Below, piece by piece: positions 25,801 through 36,151 of a stretch of 64,000 nucleotides of DNA. This DNA comes from Hormiphora californensis (lineage: Eukaryota; Animalia; Ctenophora). The stretch covers positions 1,674,001 to 1,738,000 of the forward strand of contig CM035353.1 of the NCBI GenBank assembly GCA_020137815.1. The letters run 5' to 3'. Within the stretch, counting starts at the first letter, position 1; every line of letters starts with the position of its first letter. Position numbers and translations under genes: made by a program. The notes beneath the pieces are model-generated. The model had not been told where the DNA came from, searched no databases, and was given only the letters and a program-made list of their open reading frames with translations.

Positions 25801-27765
25801 TCACTCTGGATAGGAAGCTCTGCAGGTGTTGTTGTGGTGCTACCGGTAGCGCGGCCTCCCCTTACCCCCAGAATAGCAGGACCCGCCTTCCTGGGATATG
25901 TCGGTCATTACGATGGTGTGAGGTAAAATTATATATTGGAATTTTCGTCATTTTCTAGGATCTGTGTAATGCGTTCTATAAGTCACATATAAGTCTCTCT
26001 CCTTCAAACGTAAATGAGACTAACATTTGTGTATCCTTTGCAGGTACTTGATACGAGCCCAGTCTTTGGTACGACGTCTAATACCGCACCAGAGTACACC
26101 GGAAGAGTCAGTTTTTGAAGAGGTAAAAAGAGCTGTAGTTTTACCCTCCCCAGTCTCCACTTCCCAGTACCCGTATATGAATCAAGGGGGCTGATATTCT
26201 TGGTTGGTCACATTGAACAAATAGAATAGCATAGTTTAAAGTGCGGTTAGTTCCACACTTCCACAGTTGAGAGTGTACACTGTACATGTATGATGTATAG
26301 CTGTGAAAGTGAGTAAAACTACTGATATATTTTATGAAGGAGCAGACAAAACAAAAAGGAGAATGGGATTCCTGGAAGTTTATTCTCCATTCCATTTACA
26401 TTCCTGTTTCATTGGACGTTAAAGCAATGCGGATTCTACTGATTTTAACTTTCATTTTGTATGGGGTGTCCTCCTTCGATGACTTCTTCAACGACAACAA
26501 TGGAGGTAACGACATTGTGTGCGAAGACAAGACACCATGGTGTAAGAAATACCGCCCACACTGCACTGCGGGGATGCACTTTAATACTTGGGCTATGAAG
26601 AGGTGCCCAAAGACCTGCGGGACCTGTACAGCAGATGAACCAGACGAGCAAAGTTGGGACTCGGATCAAAGTGGTTGGAATTCGGATTGTAAGGACACGG
26701 CAACTTGGTGTCATAAATACCCGAGCTACTGCGGCACGGGGCTTTACCCAGAGATGAAAACTAAATGCAAGAAAACCTGTAACTTTTGTGACAGTGAACA
26801 AAACGACGGATCTGATCAGGTTATGAGTGTCAAGGTTTCATCCTCTACGACATGCAGGGACAAAGCCACATTCTGCCCTAGATGGAAGAATCATTGCGAA
26901 AAGGGGATGCGCTGGTATGGCTGGTTGATGAAGTTTTGTGCCAAGACCTGCGGGACATGTACAATTGATATACCGGACTTGGATTGTAAGGACACGGTGG
27001 CGTGGTGTGGTAGACACACATCTCAATGTTCTACTGATGTTGGCCATTATATGGGTATGAGTGTTAAATGCAAGAAATCATGTAACTTTTGTGGACAAAA
27101 AGACGGTTCAGAGGTTAAGAGTGGTGGTATGGTATCATCAAGAAGAAGAAGATCTTGGTCTTTCAACGGCAACAAAAAGGGCAGTGGTGCATGCAGGGAC
27201 AATTCAATGTACTGCAAGCAATACCAGCCACACTGCAACAGGGGGATGGCCTGGCATGGATGGATGATGAAGTTCTGCCCAGTGACTTGTGGAACATGTG
27301 GAGGTGGAAGTGGAGGATATTGCAAGGACACGGTGGCGTGGTGTGGTAGACACAGACATCAATGTTCTACTGATGTTGGCCATTATATGGGTATGAGTGT
27401 TAAATGCAAGAAATCATGTAACCTGTGTTAAAAGTTACGCAGAAAAAAAAGCTGATGAGAGGACGCCAGCAATGACGAAATATAATGATCCACTTTAGAA
27501 ATTTTCAACGATTTTATTGCAACCACTATCCATGTGTTATCATTTCTTGGGGGGTGCCACGTAACACTTTGTAGCATGTTAAATAATAAATCATATCCTG
27601 TCCCACATTCTGTAAATATACTATCTAACCCTAACCTATTTGCAGACAACATCCCAAGTTGTAATATCCTGTGGCAAAGGCATGGAAGATTTCAGAGACA
27701 CAGACGGGCTAAGGACTGTAGATAGTTCATATCTCATTGTATGGAATTACCCGGAGGAATCTTAA
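3060..27765 (+). CDS. Multi-exon RhoGEF, ARHGEF17/ARHGEF10-like (DH-PH + C-terminal beta-propeller); 5' end unresolved, possibly includes exon ~1786-2059
   Basis: Hand-spliced GT-AG exons translate to a DH domain: 3060-3184 RQRALQSILDEEYRYIMHLKDMVK; 3365-3458 VYATPLQH..AQEIFFRIPEI; 6922-7013 VHHEFFYEML..QSIGDILLQL; 7209-7325 FAAYSAYIDNY..ARPAFSKLLD; 7693-7764 SLEELIRLPVEHIPQ; 10238-10321 YKKLISELIKLTETEDPDF. PH-like exons follow at ~10480-12224 (..QRVQWTEEL). Propeller exons at ~23784-26122 (SGVWLAIRNSPVIRLFHA; VTALL..SLWIGSSAGVVVVLP..GHYDGVRYL). Last exon 27646-27765 VISCGKGMEDFR..SYLIVWNYPEES* resembles the ARHGEF17-type terminus. Confidence 0.85.
3582..6746 (-). CDS. LINE-A ORF2: AP endonuclease + reverse transcriptase (frame open from 6746, no AUG before the endonuclease)
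   Basis: APE motifs VTETWL, GDFN, SDH; RT motifs NYRPVSL, QHGF, LDYAKAFD, GVPQGSVLGP, FADD; C-terminal SLQRRRERY. Confidence 0.95.
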   Translation of the reverse strand, partial: FFSYQIPFGKASEGNVGHKRGSDTNAENPENSESRSRKELLNGEVSGRIRPRVLQSGVLLNAQSCNPSARSKCAWKLQCLREDVESIPGEVPFIAVTETWLKPYVENLQILNGWEKYRVYRCDRRYRTGGGVMLLTSFDLPIDEHVALDKDSCQLLMCSSSPSKWVFGVLYRSPSAPVSDFRACLEVARNFIEQRPDHFVCLMGDFNVPEIAWNPPEANPRTANSDALLSFTEDTLLSQYIDVPSRGSSYLDLVFSNSETLVNRVRSKETRLSDHNLLEFGVTRNPCSAARETVPPQFAADEFRSLDMYKADTEAICEAVKKVDWEAVFGKCTTEELPRVFRDILFQIAQIHAPRKKPRRGRPKLVRKLSRKKRAAKGRLALLLEKKDTPISQIEALQKRIDVLYGEIRDAILDENIKQEKLAVEKIKTNAKYFYSYAKRFAGDSNSISALTGESGELITDKKEIVEALSRQFKAVFSDPEEADLNTGHDITVCESITPGDNDVDFTVKDILDAIKEMKPDAAPGPDGIPAILLKSCAEAVAHPLYLMWTRSIGEGIVPSSSKVSLVTPLYKKGSRSSAANYRPVSLTDHTIKVFERVVRKKLVNHFEKNELFNDIQHGFRRGRSCLTQLLDHFDNIHSNALDGMETDSVYLDYAKAFDRVDHNILIRKLRSYKVHEGLVTWIQSFLEGRVQRVTVDGCQSEPVHVKSGVPQGSVLGPMLFLIYLNDITTVVSGSTLRCFADDTRIMKSIGGEMDMKILQRDLDSVTEWSLRNNMKLHTDKFEFLLHGVSRDHLMHHLPFTDDILSYSTSAGLLKPMSSVKDLGVLVHSDLTWSGHIATIAENAKRKAAWVFSVFRTRDRGVMVTLYKSMVRSLLEYCCPLWNPTKIQDIQVLEGVQRSFTRRISECKGMDYWQRLQYLGLSSLQRRRERYSILHMWKIIHGLVSNDLKIRFTTGGRLGVRAVVPKLTKLSTMAKQTAYDGSFAVMGPRLWNCLPAKLNQIDEFQVFKVQLSRYLTSFSDCPPVTGYVRSSRNSILDMRLNDGELQASDTPVGV
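6566..6783 (-). pseudogene. C-terminal remnant of LINE-A ORF1 (coiled-coil-like, ..QGDFLAIKSLLEKLQKGMSDIK..)
   Basis: Different frame from ORF2, overlapping it by about 180 nt; truncated at the 5' junction. Confidence 0.6.
7338..7446. mobile_element. ~109-bp hAT-type MITE (CAGGAACCGACCGA TIR)
   Basis: TIR CAGGAACCGACCGAA; 8-bp TSD GTTATCAG/GTTATTAG. About 10 full or partial copies in the window. Confidence 0.85.
7868..9145. mobile_element. 1.28-kb near-perfect foldback element, TTAA TSD, GG termini (Kolobok-like, non-autonomous)
   Basis: Arms of about 630 bp are inverted copies (mirror ORFs 8123+/8657-). TTAA at 7864-7867 and 9146-9149; the neighbouring minisatellite unit TACATTAACAGC shows the empty site with one TTAA. 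Confidence 0.85.
9307..10079. mobile_element. Non-autonomous DNA transposon, GAG..CTC termini, ATAT TSD (Sola2-like)
   Basis: TIR GAGGGACCTGGTTCCATAATGGTATA; ATAT on both sides; internal repeated palindrome GGTATATCTGCAGATATACC. Superfamily assignment is inference. Confidence 0.7.
10953..11163. repeat. 39-bp tandem repeat spanning an exon end and 5' splice site
   Basis: About 5 copies of CCACTGTAG|GTGTGCCTGAAACCCATAACAACCCGCCCCT. Confidence 0.9.
12243..12502. repeat. 29-31-bp intronic minisatellite
   Basis: About 8 copies of CCACAGTCCTTACTTATTACTCTGTATGT(CT). Confidence 0.9.
13287..16717 (-). CDS. Nested antisense secreted protein: signal peptide + ~160-aa unassigned domain + 8 sushi/CCP modules
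   Basis: Exon 1 16717-16645 MDSVCLKISIAVVVLVASAVTDTA; exon 2 16521-16039. Eight phase-1 exons with the C..C..G..C..W..C pattern (~15862-15680, 15525-15352, 15174-14992, 14844-14655, 14531-14351, 14198-14010, 13861-13686, 13571-13391). Short last exon 13321-13287 ends in TAA. Lies in the RhoGEF intron 12225-17891. Confidence 0.85.
18410..19285. mobile_element. Tc1/mariner-type foldback MITE, TA TSD
   Basis: TIRs of about 400 bp starting CCGTGTGCGGCAAAAAAAAGCCC; TA at both ends; mirror ORFs 18568+/18897-. Confidence 0.85.
20458..21730. mobile_element. Tc1/pogo-type non-autonomous element (CAGTCGGACCCCGATTT TIR, TA TSD)
   Basis: TA-CAGTCGGACCCCGATTTAACGG ... CCGTTAAATCGGGGTCCGACTG-TA, with internal palindromes. 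Shorter relatives at 40760-40858, 49821-50074, 56711-56863, 59987-60151 and fragments near 23179, 33087, 36000, 47859. Confidence 0.9.
24679..24893. mobile_element. 215-bp MITE with 9-bp TSD (Mutator-like), internal TTAGGG-like tract
   Basis: TIR GGTG(T/G)GCGGACTCTAGTGCTAA; TSD GATCGCCTC at 24670-24678 and 24894-24902. Confidence 0.85.
25463..25571. mobile_element. hAT-type MITE copy (opposite orientation)
   Basis: Perfect 8-bp TSD ATGTAAAT. Confidence 0.9.
26427..27431 (+). CDS. Intronless secreted protein with 6 ShKT domains (334 aa), nested in the last RhoGEF intron
   Basis: Signal peptide MRILLILTFILYGVSS; six C-x-D-x4-C..C..C-x-x-T/S-C-x-x-C modules in three A/B pairs; RRRR between pairs 2 and 3; AATAAA at 27585-27590. 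Confidence 0.9.
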   Translation: MRILLILTFILYGVSSFDDFFNDNNGGNDIVCEDKTPWCKKYRPHCTAGMHFNTWAMKRCPKTCGTCTADEPDEQSWDSDQSGWNSDCKDTATWCHKYPSYCGTGLYPEMKTKCKKTCNFCDSEQNDGSDQVMSVKVSSSTTCRDKATFCPRWKNHCEKGMRWYGWLMKFCAKTCGTCTIDIPDLDCKDTVAWCGRHTSQCSTDVGHYMGMSVKCKKSCNFCGQKDGSEVKSGGMVSSRRRRSWSFNGNKKGSGACRDNSMYCKQYQPHCNRGMAWHGWMMKFCPVTCGTCGGGSGGYCKDTVAWCGRHRHQCSTDVGHYMGMSVKCKKSCNLC

Positions 27766-28027
27766 AAAACTCTGTCTTATCAATTGTTAGAATTTGATTT
27801 TGTTGAGTAAGGTTTGATCCACCCCGGCCACTCAACAACTTGTGGAACAAGTTTGAGTTTGATGAGTTGTTGATCCGAGTTTTATTGTTAATGATCTGAT
27901 ATTCCGGGATGAATAGTTTTTCGAGACACTTTGAACCGTTTTTTGTCAGTTTGCGGAAAAAAGATTCGCTGAATCTGAAATTTATCGTTATGCTGCCCAG
28001 AATCAGATGATTTAGAGGATACATTAA

Positions 28028-28421
28028 GGGTCACCACACACCAAAGTTAAAATTAAAATTAAAATTTGACGTTTTTGGTCATAACTCTGCCATTTCTTGG
28101 CAAAATTGCTTCTTTTTGGGCTCATTTGAAAGAGGGCATCGAGCCCGTTCTGAAGAGCTCAAGAAACTTAAAATCGGTGCAGAGTGCGCGGCGTTAAGGC
28201 GCATAATGCGCGTGTTAAAATTTTTAAATTTTAACGCACACATTTTGCACTGTAACGCCGCGCACTTTGCGCAGATTTCAAGTTTTTTGAGCTGTTCAGA
28301 ACGGGCTCGATGCCCTCTTTCCAACAAGCCCAAAATGAGGCAATTTTGCCAAGAAATGGCAGAGTTATGACCAAAAACGTCAAATTTTAATTTTAATTTT
28401 AACTTTGGTGTGTGGTGACCC
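28028..28421. mobile_element. PIF/Harbinger-type foldback MITE, TAA TSD
   Basis: TAA-GGGTCACCACACACC ... GGTGTGTGGTGACCC-TAA; the whole element is palindromic. Confidence 0.85.
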
Positions 28422-28757
28422 TAACGTACAATTTCAGTTTTATGTTTCGTTTTGCTCGATTTGAGTTTTATTATGGCGATGGATTTTTTGCACCTTTTTT
28501 ACTTTTTAAGATTACAGTACAGTGCTGATACAGTCTGATTATGACGTCTGTGTAGTGTGTGTTTTAAACAAGCTAAATTATAATTTTAACAGCCGTAATT
28601 TTCATTCAGATTATGCTGCAGTATGCTGGGAAATAGGAGGCAATTGTTCGTGTTTGTTATGTTCTTTAAACGGGTCGAACAAGGCAAAGCCCTTCTTCGC
28701 TTTAAATTTACTGTATTAGTATTAACATTAAGCTAAGTAAAAACTGAAGAATGGATA

Positions 28758-28984
28758 AAGTCGGATTTTTTAATCAAGGGACAGCTACAGGGGGGTCTTT
28801 TTGACCTTATTTCAAACGCGCATATCTCCGGTTCCTGATGAGATAGAGACTTGAAATTTGGAGGTTGGGAAGATCATGCCAAGTTCTTCATAACCTTCTT
28901 TATCTTATCAGGAACCGGAAATATATGCGCCTTTGAAATAAGGTCAAAAAGACCCCCTCTGTCCCTTGATTAAAAAATTTGACT
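28758..28984. repeat. Imperfect palindromic element
   Basis: TTTTTTAATCAAGGGACAG..GGGGTCTTTTTGACCTTATTTCAAA is matched by an inverted copy at ~28934-28977. Confidence 0.7.
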
Positions 28985-29374
28985 ATACAAACCACATACA
29001 AGTTTTAAACGTTAAATATAAACTTTATGTAAACGTGTTATCTCCCACTGGGAGATTTCCCGGATGCGGAGACTCCCAGAGACGGCAGACGTCCCACACA
29101 GCTGTCTGGCGCCGCCGACCCCATCTTAGAATCAAATGGGGTCTGCAGACGTCGCCATACAGAGCTAGGGAGGCTGCCAAAAGATACACTGTAACTAAAT
29201 AAATGTAACACTATAAAGTAAAACTGTCATGTAGCCAACAGTAACCGCCTTTAGCTTTTGGTTCTTTTACACAGTTTTATAACATTTCTCTCTTGCCGAA
29301 TTTTGCATGATGCATTTTATGAAGCCCAAAATAAAGTTGTTTGATTGTGATGCATTCTCCATCATGATGGTTAA

Positions 29375-30733
29375 AGTAAGAGTGGCGCGCCGTATTTTCT
29401 CACAAAACTTAGTGGATGAATGGGGAGTACCACCAGGACCATTGGTAAGGTATCGAAAATTTCCAATTCTGTCGCGTTCATTAGTTATGACGTAATATGT
29501 TCATTATTTCAACTTTTATAAAATTGCTTTACAGAAAAATCTGTGCATTTTGGATTGAAATGGATGCTTGCATCGTGTTCAGCGTCAAAAAATAGCCGGG
29601 GTACCAAATTTTGGTGTCTCTACCTTGTCTGTGACGCGAGATATCGACAAATATCAAAAACGACCAAAGTGAGAGAAAGAGAGTTTGTTACATGAACTAT
29701 GAACGTTTGTAGACTGGCGCGTTATGAAGTTGGCTGTTCCCAGCGCGAGCTGGGGACAGCCAACTGGAGTTTAATCGCCCGGCAGGGCGATTAAACTGGT
29801 TTAAATCCCGACTCCGATCCCGAGGCGCCAGCCGAGGGTGAGGGGGAGGTGATTTAAACCTATAACGCGATAGGCTAACAAACGTTCATATTTTATGAAA
29901 CCCGATAGTAATTACACACAAATAAGAGACACAACACAAGGTGAAACACACTAGAACTGCTGGTAAATAGTCAACAGATACCCTGAAAATGTGTGTAGAC
30001 TTAGTGTCTACTGTTCCTAACATGTTTGAGAAAGAGAGAGAAAGATTAGGGGCAATACACACTGTCAGAGGTAATGAACAGTAAAAGAGACAATGAGAGA
30101 GAGAAATGAATGGAATGTGATTCTTTTCACTCCTTATGAGAGAGATAACATTGAAACGTGTTGCAGACATGTTTCCCCTTTCTTTTGTTGACAGAACTGT
30201 GTGTTTACACACATTTTCAATACTTAGAATTTTACACGCATGTTATTCAAATGAAGAGAAACGCGTGAAAGAGGGAACTGGTCTGTCAAACTGCGAGGAG
30301 GGTGTTAAACCTCCCAGCTGGCGGTTATCATGTGCGCGCAAATTCTTCAAACGACTGATAAATCAACTATCGGGTTTCATAAGTGGGTGGCGCGCACAAA
30401 CAACTAGCACCCAAAGATAACAAACTCTCTTTCTCCCATTTTGGTCGTTTTTGATAATTGTCGATATCTCGCGTCCCAGACAAGGTAGAGACACCAAAAT
30501 TTGGTACCCCGGCTATTTTTTGACGCTGAACACGATGCAAGCATCCATTTCAATCCACAATGCACAGATTTTTCTGTAGAGCAATTTTATGAAAGTTAAA
30601 ATAATGAACATATTACGTCATAACTAATGAACGAGACAGAATTGGAAATTTTCGATACCGTACCAATGGTCCTGGTGGTACTCCCCGTTCATCCACTAAG
30701 TTTTGTGAGAAAACACGGCGCACCACTCTTACT
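29375..30733. mobile_element. Kolobok-like non-autonomous element (AG..CT termini, TTAA TSD, ~320-bp TIRs)
   Basis: TTAA-AGTAAGAGTGG ... CCACTCTTACT-TTAA; mirror ORFs 29307+/30613-; small internal hairpins at 29730-29795. Confidence 0.85.
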
Positions 30734-31369
30734 TTAATGGTTATGGTGGGGAAGTTCAAAGCTTTGCAAAGGGTCAAAGGGCCGGTAACTGTCTGTGCCA
30801 CTGCTTTTTTGAATCTGCAACAAAAATTAGCACGCGCAAATAACAAGCCGCGCGAAATTGTAATGGGATCAGTGCGCGTTATGTTCAAAATTCGTTTGCC
30901 ACTCCAAGTTCGAAAGTTTCAAAATTTTAATTTTTATCGCAATTTTGGATTTCGGTCTGTTGCTTCGTCCTCCGTGTTCGTAAATTGGTAACCAGTCTTT
31001 TTAGGCGCAATTTTACGGTCACCTAAAATTACAAGGGACTACTGCGGCAGTTTTGAAAACAAATTTTAAAAACTGAAATCCAAATGACCATGGCTGTTGC
31101 GGGTCGCCTGTCGCTCGTCATGAACGGAAAAATCAAGCTCGGCAGTCGGCTATAAGTTAGATACCCCTGGCACCCTTGACCTCCCTGATTAAGTTTTGTC
31201 AGGATTTAGTTAGAAAACGTTATTTACTGGAGAGTAAGTATTTTAGTCACCGTGCCCCATACGCCCAAACCATCCTTTACATTTGTAACAGAGTCTATTT
31301 TGTCCAAAAATAGCTAATTGTAACTCTGACTTCACTGGGTACTCCAGGCATGGTTGGTTCTTGAAAAGC

Positions 31370-34300
31370 ATGCCTGCAACGACGACATCAGTTCACCACC
31401 ATGGCCTCCTTCACTCGGACCTCCCAGAGGCGAGCGACCGGTCATTTCTCGAGGCTTATGAGTGCCTGATGCAGGAGGATTCGGAACGGCTGTACGCCAT
31501 GACTGTCACAACTGGAGAGCTAGATATTCTGACAACAGATGACAGGGGTCTGTCATTGGTTCATTGGAGTGTTAAACACGATAAATTAACGATGTGTAAA
31601 TTTATAATGGAGTACTGCTGTCCGTCTGATAAAATAATGGAGTCACTTCGGAATGCAAAGGTACTTTGAACTCTAATCCACACCTCACCGTGTCTAGTGG
31701 CTGCTCTGCACCCCTAATATCCCTAGTGGGTTGTGTTATTCTCTAAAGTATAATATGTGTATAATCTCGCGTGTTTTTAATTGTGAGATGTGGCTAAAGT
31801 GTTCTAACTCAGGACAAGTCAGGAAAGACTGCAATACATTACGCTGCGATGAGCGGACGGAAAAACTTTGTTAAACTGCTGGCAGTGGACATAAAGAGTG
31901 TAAATGTGAAAGACATCATGGGACGTATACCACTTCATTACTGTGTCGGTAAGACTGAACAAATGAACAGTTCATGAAATTTTAACAGCTCTCCACAGTC
32001 GAATCTCGAGCGCTTTTCAAAAATTAGGTTTGCCCATATAATACATACAATATGACGACAAAAAGTGGGCAAGAAAAAAGTGACGCTCCCCGTAACTTGA
32101 AGCACACCCATAATTATAAATCTACAACTTTCTTTGAAGATTGTCACAGCAGTTGACATTAATTGCTTTTTTCCACGCCACTGTCATACATTTTGTTATA
32201 GGTGTGATTGCCTATCGGGAGTGTACCCATATACTAGTTGACATGGGGTCTCGAATCCACGAGAAAGATGTGGAGGGAGCATCCCCAGCATCGATAGAAG
32301 GATCCCTCAACAAAATCCAAGAGGTATTGAACGTCAGCTTGGAGGAATGGGTATTACCCGATCGATACTGTGTATATATAACTTGATATAATATTGTATT
32401 TGACAGCACCATGGATGTTGGATTGTGCTGTTTGCTAAGTGTTGCCGAGATCTGTGACAATGTCATTTAGCCATTGATTACATCATCATTTCATAATAAG
32501 CGTGTTTCTACTTCCCTAACACACGAAATGTATCCCTAGTTATCGGTGGCGGGTGCGTTCTCTTTCATCAATAATCTTAATTTCCTGGAACGCGGCGCTG
32601 GAAAGCGTGTGGACAGTGGGGTTGATGTAGCGTGTTCTGATAAAACGTCAAATGAGTCCGGTTAGTGTACATGTGATAATGACAGTCACTGACACACAGA
32701 CCCTTTAGTGATCAAATTATAAATTGTAAATTGTAAACTGTAATGTTTTATTAGGGTTACTTTACGTTGAATCACAAGACACTCGCTGAGACAGACCCTT
32801 TAGTGATCAAACCCTACCCCTGCAGAGCCCGGTGGCAACTTGATGCATACGCCAGACAGCTGCTATAGCCCCCGGATGGACAACTCTCTTAGCTCCAGTC
32901 TAAGTCATGAGAAGTTGAAACCAGGTGGTGGTCCTTCATCACTAACCGGTTCTCTAGCTTGGTACGTTTCATCCCCATACACGTACCCTACACTTCATCA
33001 CTAACCGGTTCTCTAGCTTGGTACGTCTCATGGCCATACACGTTCCCTGCACTTGAACGCTGCTATCGGTGCCTTCAGTATATAACTCGGGGTCCGACTG
33101 TTTAACTGATGACAGTCGGATCCCAATGGGTGTAAGTCCAAGAAGAAATAGTCCGACTTACATTTCACTGTGATAATTCAATTGAAATATAGTGGGGTAA
33201 CGCTAGAGCCTAATTGGGCTGGCTAGGTTCGGTCGAGGCATGCATTACCTTATCTTATTAGAAATGTATGGATAGTATTTGACACTACATATATTTGCAG
33301 GTGTGAGGAAGAGGGATCAGATCAAACTGGGGGTGATAAGATGAAGCTGCTGAGAGAAGAGCTATCCAGGTTGATCAACCTTCTCAACAACACAGGTGCT
33401 ATATATTGCCCCCCTCTTTTTCTTGTTTATTTCCCTTGTTACAAGAGATTCAAAGAAAAAGTTCGAAACCTCGTATTATAACACTCGGAACATATCTTTT
33501 AGAGACGCACCAGCAGTTTATTACACAACTATCTGTGGAAAGGACGGCCAATAAACTCGTCATCATAGCCCAATACCCCCTCCTTCCAGAGGACTGTGCC
33601 AATGCTGTATCCCTTCTACTTCAACAACTCTTCCTGGTATTTCGGAATATTTGAATGTATATATTGAGAATCGGTACATAGACTGGGCGTTGACAAATGA
33701 CAAGGCCCCGCCTTGCGAATCACATTTCTTGAATTTTATATCCCCCTATATCAGAGTTCCAGTTACTGTAGTCCCTCTATTTTGAAGTTACTGGTGAAGC
33801 TGTTAGACTCCCATCCCGCAGTACAGTCACAGGCCATCTCTGCTTTGGAACATTTCTTTAACTCCACTCGCCCTGACGGCAAGGACGATATGGTAGGTGC
33901 CAGGAACCGACCGAATCAGGAAATACTGGTCCCTGATTGGCTGATAACCAGTCACGTACCTAAATACTGAGGTATTATTGGTTGTTTACTTGTTTCGGTC
34001 GGTTCCTGGTAGGTGCAGTCCTCAGTTCATCTGCATGTGTTGAACTGTGTTTGTCACATTATTATCCTGGCTGACACAATATAAAACAATCTTATATTTC
34101 ATCCCTAATCTCTTCCTCCAGGACTACAGTGGAGAGTTTGCAGAGTTAGACCCCACCCTGATACTATCCCTGTTACATGACACCGAGATACCCTCTCCGT
34201 AACCCCCTCCTAACCCCCTCCCTAACCCCCTCCTAACCCCCTCCCTAACCCCCTCCTAACCCCCTCCCTAACCCCAGATCTCTTCCTCCAGGACTACAGT

Positions 34301-35595
34301 GGAGAGTTTGCAGAGTTAGACCCCACCCTGATACTATCCCTGTTACATGACAACGAGATACCAGCATCCTCTGTAACTGGCAAAAGGGGCGTTCCAACGA
34401 CAGAGGTCCACGCAAGCAGACTACGGTCCATCAGCTCACCGTGTAAGATAATGTTTTGTTTCTTTGTTTCTTTGTTTGTTTGTTTGTGGTTGGTCTGGAG
34501 GATGACCAGCCCGAAAGCTCAATCGCCCAGTAGTGTGTTCTATTTGATGCCCAGCATGTTATTGATCCCCCTTGTTGAAATTTCTAAAGAGATTTCTGTA
34601 GATCAGGTCCCTTCTTATGTTTTTCTTTCTCTTTCTCTTTTCCTCTTTCACTCTTTCTCTTCATTTCTCTCTCTCTCCCTCTCCCTCTCTCTCTTTCTTT
34701 CTCCCTCTCGACATCATTCCATAGGAAATCTACTCACCTTCAGTATTTGGCTTTTTGGCAACCCTTGGCCTTCCATATAATATCAATATAACCACTGATT
34801 GTGGGAGGGGTTCGGTTATATATATTAGGCTACATGTAACAAAAGGAAACTCCGTCTCTGACCAGTATAATGGAAGACCAACTCTTATCCAGTTCTAGTA
34901 CACCGTATTTCTAAACCCTCCCATTTCCTTCAGGTGAGGTTATGGCCGATGGCTTCAAAGCTGGACACGGCTACTTTACCAGAAATTGGAGCAAACGTCT
35001 TCTTATCAGGATCCTTTCACGAACTAGCATGACCTTGAAAATGCGGGTTAGTCGGAATATATCACGTGTATGAACGATGTACCAGTATACTTTTCTCGCC
35101 TTGTTCGACTCCCTGATCCCTCTCTCTCTCTCGGGGCCCCGACAGTTTTTTGGGTTATCCCCGTGCTAACTTTAATAATAGTCACTCCCTGTATTACATG
35201 CGCCACTCCCTGTATTACTCCATGTATTACATGGGCCATGTCTGTGTCACGATTTGACAGATGTTAATTTCTGCGGCCTGCCGCGGCCACAAATAAATGA
35301 CCCCGATAGTAAGGGCCCCGAGGGTTACAACATAACATTTTGTACCGTTATTTTGTTATGTTCTAACCCTCCTTAATTACAGGGGCGTGCAAAACATAGT
35401 CTAGCTAGGCAACCGTTATTAGGGAGGACGGAGGTGTTATATATTAATTATTTATATTATGATCCCGTTCAGAGTAAGATGCTGAAAGAACGGGTTGTGT
35501 GGCAGTTATGTGAGCTATTGGAGTGCTCCGTGATGGAAATTAGAGAACACACCCTCGCTACCCTCGCTAACATTGCCCTCTCCGCTTCGAGTCAT
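31370..35595 (+). CDS. Multi-exon ankyrin-repeat + ARM/HEAT-like protein region (may continue into the RasGEF exons)
   Basis: 31370-31660 DDRGLSLVHWSVKHDKL; 31813-31948 DKSGKTAIHYAAMSGRKNFVKLL..DIMGRIPLHY; 32202-32323 ILVDMGSRIHEKDVEG. Later helical exons read ILKLLVKLLDSHPAVQSQAISAL and VVWQLCELLECSVMEIREHTLATLANIA. Phases are compatible through 35595. Confidence 0.75.
33901..34008. mobile_element. hAT-type MITE copy
   Basis: 8-bp TSD GTAGGTGC, which is the intron's 5' splice site. Confidence 0.9.
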
Positions 35596-36070
35596 GTGAG
35601 TAGCATGTCCCTTTTTCTCTATAAAAGTCAATGTGCAGATCTATAATGGTGAATATATTAAGTTTCAATATATATATCATATATATATATATCATATATA
35701 TATATGTATATCATATATATATATATATATCATATATATCATATATATCATATATATATATCATAATATGATCTCTAAAACATCCAGCATTGACAACAGC
35801 AATTGAAAGCGCTAGATAATTTAGTTTATCTCAGATTCTCGACACTCCTTTTTGTCATTTCTAATTTCCACTTATGATCAATGCTGCACTATTCGCTTGA
35901 ACTTCTCACTATTTACATTTACACGGAGCTCTCTCTCTCACTCTCTCCTACAAAATCTATCTCTCTCCCCGATTAACAAGGGAAAACCCTTTTCCCCGAG
36001 CACCCCGGTAAATCGGTGTCCGACTGTAATACTCATTTTGCTTGTGTGTCTACCTAAAATTTACAACGCT

Positions 36071-36151
<81 letters not shown>

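Noticed and set aside
26334-26426. 31-aa N-terminal extension of the ShKT ORF
   Set aside because: The second ATG (26427) begins a canonical signal peptide, so the upstream ATG is probably not used.
34196-34275. Telomere-like CCCTAA tract (also 24805-24835)
   Set aside because: Short, degenerate and internal to an intron or MITE; not evidence of a chromosome end or fusion.
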